A stretch of DNA of 64,000 bases from Amoebophrya sp. A120. Its lineage: Eukaryota > Protista > Dinoflagellata. A model generated the notes under the pieces. The model was given only the letters and a program-made list of their open reading frames with translations. It made no database searches and had not been told where the DNA came from. Both the position numbers and the translations under genes were made by a program. Of this stretch, positions 48,587 to 58,900 are shown piece by piece (positions within the stretch are counted from its first letter, which is position 1; each line of letters begins with the position of its first letter). Location of the stretch: assembly GCA_905178155.1 (NCBI GenBank), contig CAJINV010000001.1, positions 12,635,136 through 12,699,135 on the forward strand. The letters run 5' to 3'.

Positions 48587-49839
48587 GGGGAGGGTCAATT
48601 GGGGGGACAAACCAATTTGCTTCTGAAGCAAAGAAGTGTTTGGTGTCTCGATTTCACATCAGAGAGAGACAGAGCAGTTTCCATGGAGGACTGCGAAGAT
48701 GGATTTTTCATGACAGTAAAAGAATTTTCAACTAGTAGAATACAGCTTTTTCGATTTAAATCAATACAACAGCGTCGCGCAACATGTAAGGAGAAAAGCC
48801 GCGATCTCGTTTCGTGAGCTTGTTTCGTGTACAATTGTCTCCTCCACTAGTTAGAATTCCCAGAAACTACACTATTGCGGTACTTAGAAGCAATTCCGTT
48901 TCAGTTTTTTGAACTCAGGCAAGAACTACAAAAGATTACTATCTGTTGCTGTTTTTTATGCAGGAGCAAAAAGGAAAATCTACAAGAGCAACAATTTCAG
49001 GGCAGAGCGTCAACCTGAGGGTGCGCTCAGGTTGATGCGCGTAGACGCAAAAGCGCTAGCACGCATGAAGTCATTAGGAAGAAGAGGAAGAAGAACAAGA
49101 ATATATCAGACTGAAATGCTTTGTACGTGTAGGCAATTTAATGAAGCTTAAGCACATCGTTGTAAAAATGTCCAAGAAATTTCATACATGAGTCAATGAG
49201 ATAGAGAAAGAGGAAGACAACCCAGCCAAGAGAACTCTGGCTCCACCTGTATGCGGCTGTCCGGCAGACACGATTTTCGTTTTTTCACACCTGCAATATG
49301 TGTTCAGACAATGCATAGCGTCGCTAAAAGATAGACTCAAAACAAATTGAAGGCAACAGGTTGCGAAGAAGCACCTTCGTACTTCTCGTTCGGTAAAATA
49401 TACCAGATTATCGGTGCGTCGGTATCGCCAAAAGCTACATCGGCCGTTCGTGTGATTTATTTTCATGGAATTTCGTTCACTTCTGCAACTTGCCTCAACT
49501 TTTTTTTCGTCTTGCCGGACCAGATCGCTATTCCGCCTATCGTCATAAAATTTTCTCCATTGCCGTGCATTTTACCTCGTGGGTTTTGGATTTACGATTT
49601 CAAGTCGTGCAACTACTACGTCATCGTACAAAACGCACATCAAAACCGTTTGTCGTTCAAATTCAAACCGGATTATTTTTATACTTGGACAATCAAAAAA
49701 GAAAAAGAAAAACACAAACACTCGTAAGTACGCGTACCAACGCATGCAACTACATCTCCACGACTGATGTACCCATCTTCACAACAGGCAGTTTTTTTTT
49801 GAAAAAAAAGGGGATTGATAGATACAGTGTAGGAAAGTC

Positions 49840-52800
49840 ATGCCTCGGGACAACATCGTAATCCTGCTCGGCCCCCCGGGGTCCGGGAAGGGAACGGTTT
49901 CTCCCGCGATCGTCGATGCGCTCGGAATCCCGCAGCTGTCGACCGGTGACATGCTCCGCGCCGCCGTCGCCGCGGGGACCGAAACGGGGCTGAGAGCGAA
50001 GGATCTCATGGCACAAGGAGCATTGGTGCCGGACGAGTTGGTCATCGGTACAGTTTTTTTACCAACATTTTGGTTTCTCTTTCTGTTCAACGTGGCACAA
50101 GTGGCAAGATCGATAAATGCTTCTAATGTAACGCTTCGCCGCTACTTGAGGTGATGATAGATGACCACAAAAATGAACATTGTAGCACAGAGGTATTACC
50201 CAACATTTTTTACATATCCATCGTTCCGACCCTTTCACGACTACAACAGCGATCATCCAGGAGCGCATTCAGGAGGCGGACTGCGCGGAAGGTTTTCTGC
50301 TCGACGGCTTTCCCCGCACGGTGGCCCAGGCGCAGGCACTGGACGCGGTTTTGTCGAAGGAGGGCGAGATGGTTACCAAGGTGGTGGAATTGAACGTCCC
50401 GGATGAGGTTTTGACCGACCGCATTTGCGGGCGGTGGATCCACAAGGCGAGCGGCCGCAGTTACCACGTCAAAAACAAGCCCCCCAAGATATGACCCGCT
50501 CAGACGTTACAATCTCAACTGTTACAATAGAATGTGGATTTTGTGATGCAAGAAGTGCATGATCTAGCCAACTCGCACAGGATTGCGCATGACAAGTTCT
50601 AAAGTGCCGACCCGCACTAGAATCTCGCGAAACTTGTAATGCGAAAAGCGCAATACTGTGTGCGTTCCTCATGCTCTTCATGCAAGGCTAATTCCAAATT
50701 CTAGTGTAACGTTTGAGATTGTAACACCTGAGCAGGTTATACCAGAGCTACGACGGCAGCAGCGAGCCCACGGCAGAGAACATGTATCTATCTTTTCTTT
50801 GGTCGTGTGATATTATGTGGTGAGAACTTTCTTTTGTGCATACTGCTGCACATAGTCTGTCAGCGTCAAAGCTACTACTCAATCACCCCGACGATCGTTT
50901 CTTGGTTTCTGATGATAGAAGCCAGGGTCGTGCTGTCGAGAAAATAAGCCGCCAAAACCCCTATAAACCAGGCTCGACGACGAGACCGGCGAGGCTTTGT
51001 ACCAGCGGGCGGACGATACCAAGGACGCGCTCCCCAAGCGGTTGGAGGGCTACCACAACGAAACCGAGCCGATTCTGGAGTACTACGGTGAGAACGTGTG
51101 CGTGCGCGTGGACTGCAACCGCGACATGGACGCCATCACGCAGGAGATTCTGTCCATCCTGGTCTTGAACAAGGGTGACACGGGGGTCACCACGGCTATG
51201 AAGGACATGCTGATGGCCTTGACACACTTGTCCGAACTCATGGAGCACATGCCGGAGGACATCCAGCAGTGGTGCAACTCCGACGAATTCGATGACGCGA
51301 TCAACGAATACTTTGACGTATATTTGAAGGACTAGACATCACAAGTTTTGTTTTAGGGGTTTAGGATTTAGGGTTCATCGTTCCGTAACCGTAGAAGAGA
51401 CAATGAAAGAAAGCAAAACTGGATGCCACAGTAAGCAAGTAAAAAAAATATTTCACATCCTCGTTCTTTTTTCATCTCCCCAGGGCCTGGACACCAACAA
51501 GTCGGGCAGCTTGGAGGCGGACGAACTGTATGAGCTAGCTGGGGAGTCCCTCGACGGCATGCTCCGCATTCAGAACGAGGGAGACGATCCCTTCTTCCAG
51601 CCGAAGGTGGGCCCCGCGGAGATGCGCCGCTTCATGGACATCTTCGACCAAGACAAGAACGGCGCGCTGGACCGGGACGAGTTCCGGGACTTCATCAAAT
51701 TTTCCATCTGCCGCTCCTGGATCGAGGACCAGTATCTGGAGGAGGGCTACTACAACGAGAGCGAAACACCGCTCATGAACAGCTCCGAGGAGGCGGAAGT
51801 TGCAGAAGGTATTTTTGTAGTAAATAGCGACAGTTTATTATCTTGGATGGAGGAGTTGATTTTGATTTTGATTGGATCATGACTTGACGACATACTGCAT
51901 TCTTGCAGAATAACGCTAGCAGGAAGCGTATTTCTATTTTCTATTTGAAAAGCGACTTCACCAACAACCATTGATCAGGCGAACAAGTTATGGACGAAAC
52001 CCTTGCCAAGCTTGAGGAGGGCCCGAACAACGTGAACTTCTTGCTCCGGCAGCTGAGCCCGGAAATGCGGGCGGAGATCGAGTCAGAAGAGTTCGCACAC
52101 ATGCGGCGATTGGAATTCCAGAGCCTGGATGACGACGAGTCCGGCACTCTGGAAATCAACGAGCTTTTCCCCCTCATCGAAGCCATTGCCGACGTGCACC
52201 CCTGGAGCATCACGTATTCATATTGCGACTTTCAGTACCTCTGTGGTTGACAGACTCTTTTACTTATCTATCATCTTCTGGCCAAAGATAACAGTAGGAG
52301 GAGGCGGTGCCTCCGGTTTGAGTTACATACAACAATGTTTTGTTCTGTTGATTTCCTTGTTTCTTCGGTCCTCATCATTTGGAAATCGACATTTAGTTTT
52401 ATGAACGTGAACCTTTTTTTTTCTGCACAGCTACGAGCACTGCGCGCGGTTTCTGGAGCTCTTTGACGAGAACGGGGATGGTGTGCTGCAATTTGGCGAG
52501 TACTTGAAGCTGGTGCAGTACGTGATCGCCATCGCGACTGTGGAATACGAGAACGAGAACAAGGCGGCCAACGCCGGCGCCGCGGAGAAGCTGGCTCAGA
52601 TGGAGGAAGAAAACGCGCGCCTGAAATCTAAGCTGGACAAGACCAACCAGGAAAAGTGCGAACTGCAGCGACAACTGAACAAAACGCTGAAGGGCGCCAT
52701 CAAGGAGAGCAACCTGGAGATGCAGAAGGAAAAGAAGTGGAGAACCAAGCTCGAGGGAAAATACAGCGTATTGATTCATCGGATAAAGTTTTCATGTTGA

Positions 52801-53089
52801 AGATATTTTTTGTCGGAGGTCACACTTACGAACAGTTTTTTCCGCGGGATTTCTCAATTTGATTCTGCATCGCGATGCAATCTTAGCATGTACTAACTTG
52901 AGCGCTGCCGTGCATGTACTATCGCGGATGAAAATATGAAAACAGGTGCTGCTGAAAGACTACCGGGCGGTGATGCGCGTTGCACGGGAGCAACGGGTCA
53001 CCATCAGTGTGAAAAGCAACAAGCTGGCGCAGCTCCCACCGGTCACCAAGACCACTGCCTGTGTGCGTGTTGCGCGCAAGTTGCAGTAA
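49840..53089 (+). CDS. Adenylate kinase fused to EF-hand repeats and a C-terminal coiled coil
   Basis: [55 protein letters not shown]; EF loops [36 protein letters not shown]; several GT-AG introns plus E19. Confidence 0.88.
50490..50741. mobile_element. Introner E19, TIR family I
   Basis: ~44-bp TIRs TATGACCCGCTCAGACGTTACAATCTCAA; TSD CAAGA/CCAGA; removal gives KPPK-S-YDG in the AK lid. Confidence 0.9.
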
Positions 53090-53439
53090 GCCAAGCGACG
53101 TCTTCGAACGCTTCCTTTAGACTTGATTACGCATTTTGTTTGCTCTCTCGCTTACCAGGGGTCCGTCAGACCATCTTAAATGCACATAAGTAATCATGCA
53201 GCAAACTTTTCATCCAGATTCAGACTCAAGTAAATTATACCTCCCACAGGTCAACATCAACAAAACCTGGAAATGTCTAGAATGCAAATGAATCTGTATT
53301 ACCATCTCCACTGTAAAATGTTATACCCGGCGACAAGCAGCAGCATTAGCAGCAGTTTCGTACGCGGACAAAAGTATTCCCCACGATTGATTGTGGCACA
53401 CGCTTTCGAGACGAACCCAAAGAGGCACGCAGAGTTTGC

Positions 53440-54040
53440 GTCCCGCGGATCTGGCATCCGCTTTCCGCACGTGCTGCACATAAGAACGCTATTGGCTGCG
53501 TGCTTTGTATGTAAGATGAGTGTCGTTATTCATACCCAAGCGGCACAATCTCTCCCGAACCCTTCTACTCTATGATTGGAAAAATTCTATGCTATCAGCG
53601 TACGCTAGCATTGCGGTTTGATTCATCCACTTGTTAAGCAAATAGCTTTCAGTTTCACATGAACCTTTCTGAAAGGTTTCGTCCTAATTTTACTTTTACT
53701 AGTCTCTAGCATGTCTGTAGCGCGCGACGCTCAGGTTTCAATAGATGTCATACTCGCATGATCTTTCTGGGAAACGCATTTCGCAATGTGCTTTTGAAAA
53801 TCGCATCGGGAAATGGAAGAAGCTAATGCATAAAAGCAACGCAGCACCCGATAGCTTTGTCTTTGTCGACGAAGTCGCGTGGGGAATTTCACAATTTGAA
53901 GCCAGGGTGTTCGGAGGGGTAGGCCCTTATGTAAAAAAAATCGATGCAAACAAGAGATCTTTTTGGGCCTATAGGTGTGCAATGGAGCTCTTTAGGATAG
54001 ATGCCATGCGCTATTTTTCGACGATAGGCGCTCAATGAGT
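53440..54040 (+). pseudogene. Possible decayed MutS-family ATPase fragment
   Basis: SHDLSG..AFE..SFVFVDEVAWGISQFEA resembles MutS DDL..STF..E..SLVLIDELGRGTS; upstream frames are broken. Confidence 0.3.
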
Positions 54041-55920
54041 ACACTATCAAGATTTTACATAGAAAGCAGCCATCCAGGCGTGCATCGACAGGAAGATTCA
54101 TTTTGCTCGCTGCCGATTCACAAGATCTATCACATAAGCACGTTTGCAAGCGAGCGGTCAGTCTCACGTTCGTACCGCGATCACAAGTTCCATACTTGAA
54201 TTTTTATTGCGTTTATGTGTGATGTGTTTGTTTGCGGATGAAGTACTAGTAGGAGCTGACACTGGAAACAAAATTTTGACGCTAAAAACCAAAGACAGTC
54301 ACGCCGAGTCTGTAGTTCAGTTTTTTTTTTTTTTGAAAATGTATGACATGTGGTTCGGCCTTTTCCGCCACGAGTATGAAATAATTCTAGACATGTTTAT
54401 GATTCAGTAATCTAACTCTCGACAACCTAAAAAGTTGTGCGTATTCGTAAAATTGTAAAGAATCATCTGGAAGAAAAGTCGCGACACGCTAGAGCAAGAA
54501 GCAGCAGCATACTGTCAATGGTGTCCTCAAACCTCTTGAATGATTCTGTATTGTGTACGTATTTTGCTGTTGCTCTACAGTCGCTTTTTCTGTGCCTTTC
54601 TACGTGTGCATTTTGCTGTTGACGACGGATTAGTTTTCTGGCCCATTGCGAGGATTTTCCTAATTCGCTTCATGCGAGAAAATTCGCCGCCGGTTTTTGA
54701 TAAGTCGTTTTCACAGGCGCTTCTTGCGCTTGCCAAAAGAAAGGAAAACAAAGAATATGCGCACAAAGGTGTTGCAGGTGCTCCATGTGGATGAAGGATA
54801 TCTTGTTTACTACTCAATGATCTATTCATCTGGTGTCAGGTGCTAGAAGTTAGAGACCGTAGTAAGTTGTTGATGAAGTCAAGCACAAGCTTCTAGTTTT
54901 GAACTCACCTTTTTCCTCGACGAATGCGAACTGCGTACCGGTGTGTGACATCTGTGGCGTTTGCGCTGGGTTTCACTGGACGAGGTTCGTATTGGAATCT
55001 TTGGCGAATTTCACTTACACCGTGAATGATACTGCGCAAACTGGAGGCTTGATTTTCATCATCTTCGGGCTGCTGGCTTTTCCCGCTGAGACTAGGTAGA
55101 TTGAGTTTTTACTGACGAATATCCAACAAAAAAAGATTGTGAGCACGTAACTTTGTTGCCAATGGTTGCGTCTATGATGCGGGTCTTGCATGGTAGGGTC
55201 CATTCAGGGAGTGCGTTTTCACGTACTATCTGCGCATGAGTCATGCCATGCAGATTTGTAATGCCGTTCCGCAAAGATATAAAAAAACAAAGTTACATCT
55301 ACAATGTTTTTTTCTTGCATAACGAATGACCCGTGGTCATATCCGCCGGTTGCTGACGAAGGTCGAACGACTTAGACATGACGGTTTGCAGACTGAAAAA
55401 CGAACACAATACTGCTGAAGAGAAAGTAATTGTAGCTAAAAACTAGAAATACAGTTACAGAGATAGCTCCTGCTTTTCACACTTTTCGTTCTACCGGTTT
55501 CCATTTCTGTTTCATTCTTTCCAACGCTTTCACTTATTCATGAAATAAACGTGTACATTTAAATTCATTTCAACTATGATTTCACAGCAGATGCGAAGAT
55601 TTCTGCTGCGTTAATTTTTTTTTATTGAGCCGCCTCACTTAGCCTTGAACAAAGACCAAGCACCTGCCTTATTTTACGATCGAGTAGCACAGCAGGCACT
55701 TGTTGTTTCTTGGTGTCTGTTGTGCTGCCGTGGTAGTTTCACGCGAGTGTACATATCAGTCTCTTCCTGCTAGCATTAAGTGAGTAGTAGGCCTTTGATT
55801 TACTTAAAAGAAGCGAACACTTGCTGGCTGCTATTCCCACTTCGAGTCCCCTTTCTTCGACCGAGTCCGCCACTTGTGGGCATCGTCAAGGAGAAAACGG
55901 TGGAAGAAAAGTTTTCCGAG

Positions 55921-58900
55921 ATGAAGCCGCGGGAGACTTCCACAGATACGCGCCACACCAGCGATGGCAGCAGCGAACGCAGTAAGTCCTCTTCCGCAGG
56001 AGTAGTATTTTTGTCTGCAACTGCATTTGATTTTGATGCAATTCTGCATATTGCTGTCAATCCTGTTTCAGCGAGTGTAGATAGAGCTAGATAGTTACCA
56101 GCTAACACCACGACCACAAAATTCATTGGCAACAGGTCCGGATGTGGCCACCAATACGAGTCAAGAAACGCCATCTCCTACCTTGCAACAGAAAAAGGGA
56201 TCAGCCTCTGTGGACGAAAAAAGTGAGAATACAATGAGGTCGGCAGAAAACCACGCGGCGAGGGCTACCCCGTCTACCCCGGGCGCTGCGGGACAAAAGA
56301 ACTCTAACCCCCTGCTCCCGGCGTCTCCTGGAGGAAACTGGTATGCAAGCAGTTACCTGCAAATATCAATACGATCTGATTGGAAACCGATAGATACCGA
56401 GATTTCGGACGCTGACTCAAGTACACTCTGCTTTATCTGATGTACGAACTTGGGCAACGTGTCTACAGACGCCCGGTCTTTGAACTTGTAGTTGCACAAG
56501 TGGTGCTGGTCCTCGTTATTGGTATTCGTCATATTGACTTTTAGTTTTAGCTTATGCATAGTCCTCCATTATGACAAAATAGGGCGACGCGCTGTGCAGC
56601 GGGAGTGGGACCTGCCTCAGCTGTGGGACCTTCCTCGCCCGCGGTACCGAGTCCGCCGCCGACGTACGCCGCAATGCTGAAGAATAGCACTGGAGGCAAG
56701 GGCAGTGGTGTTTTTGCCGTCTCTCCGGCCAAGAGCGCACATAGTACCTACACAACGCCGCTGAAGACAAATATGGCTACCGCCACTCCAAAGAAAAGCG
56801 CGTCAGCTTCTACCACGCCAACGAAGAGCGCCGCGACAACGCCTGTCACGAAGACGAGCGGAAAAAGCCAGAAAACTCCACTTTCGTCTACCAAGAGCAG
56901 TGCGGCCACAACAACCCAGGCAACCCCGAGCAGCACTACAAGCCGCGCACCCAAACAAGGCAAAACCCCAACGACCAAGCAGCCACAAAACAATAGTGTA
57001 GCCAGTTGTTCGGCCACCTCAAAAGCCTTGCCGAAAGACGGTAGTGCTTCGGGTCCGTTGCCACAGAACGAGGAGAAGCTACAGACGGGCGCTGAGCAGC
57101 AGAACGAGCCGCGACTACAGCAGGAGAAACTAGTTCCTGGAGAAATACAATCTGCGAAGGCACAAAGTGAGAAACCTGCTGCAGCTGCACCTGTAAGTGT
57201 GTACGACGGTTTAGAAGCGTTACCGTCCCCCGTGCAACCGATCGGGGAGTGCGAAAGTAGGGTGTCCACTCTGAGCAGCCAGAGTAGAAAGGACGAAGAA
57301 CATGCAGTAACTGCCAACGAGGGCATAGTTTCGTCTGGAGGATCAAATGAAACCGCTGCCGGACCAGGAGCTGCAGCCACTGGAACAACGCGTGGTGGCA
57401 GCAAGGCTGGCACGACCGACAGCAAAAATTTATCGTCGCAAGAAAACAACAGCACCACTGCTGCTGCTGGAGCAGCAGAAAGCAGTGCAGAGAGCTCTGA
57501 GCCATTACCTGTCGCTACGGGGGGACAAGTTCTTGCAAAGGAAGATACTCGAGGACAAGCGGTGGATAAAGGATCTATCCATAGTACAAAGGCTGCACAA
57601 GTCCATCAACAGCAGGGAGAAACGATTCAAATTCCCTCTCAGTCACCACCCGCAACTGAACAGCCCCTGGCCGTTAAGGCCATTGCAGTACGACAGGACG
57701 CGAAGGGTTGTAGTACCTCCGCCCCGACGAATCCGCCACGACAATCGCAGACGAGCAGCGCCGCCACTGCCGGCATCCCGTGTGCAGAAAGTGCTACTCC
57801 ACAACAAAGTAATCCTAATGGCCCAACAGCGCCGACGAGGATCTCGCAGAGCAATCTACAGCAACAGCTTCCCGTGGGAGGAAAGACTGAAGCCGGTGCA
57901 GCAACAGGGAACAAGGGAAGTAGCATGGGACCTACAGCTGGAACTGCAGCTGTCGCAAAGAATGGGGGCAAGCCAACCACAGGCAAGTACTTCAATACCT
58001 ACCCCGCACCGCACTACAGCAACTACTACGGCAAGAATAATAGCAACATGATGAACATCAACATGAATAACAGTCATGTAGGCAATAGTGGGTTAGCAGG
58101 TGGTGCAGCTACCGGTAAGGGACTACACAACGGTGGTGCGACACCGCGCCATGGCACTGGTGCGCAGCAACATCTCCCAGGACAGCATCAAAGTAGTGCG
58201 CCAGCAGCACACCCTCATGGGAACAACAGTTCCTACAACCAACAGCAGCATCAAACCGCGCACAGCCAGCGGGGAGGGAACACGACCACGGGAGGTAATC
58301 ATGCTACTGCTACTAATGCACCACATCATGGCGTCGATCCATCTCTGCAAGGCAGCAATAATCCCGCCGGGGGAGGAGCTTCTCCCTCTCCACACAATCT
58401 GTTCGGATCGTCCTTTCCTTCGAGCTTTTCCGGATTTCACCGTCCGCACCACCCGCCACACATTGGTTTCGGAGACACGTCGCTCAACAAGAAGGACATC
58501 GTGGGTCAAATTCGCATGTTCAACCCGACCAAGGGTTGGGGCTTCATTGTCTGCGCCGACTACAACGGCGACATCTTTCTTCATACAAAGCACATCGTTC
58601 GCCCGCAGCGCATTAACGGCCAGTTCGTAGACAGTCCGCAGTTGGCGCTTGAGTATAAAGTTTCGCTTTGCCTCGCTGTAGATAGTAGGGTGACTCCATC
58701 GAGGACTCCCCGGGAAGTTCCTATGGCGGTATTTAAATCATTAAAGTGGCACCAGATGTCCTGAAATGATGTATCTAAGTACATAAAATAAATCAACAGC
58801 TACATCGGGCATTTCAATCATTCTTCTGCGTCTGAGCACCGGTGCATGGTCCGGTTCGACCTGGATTTTAGTAACGAGCGGCCGCAGGCGCTGAACGTCC

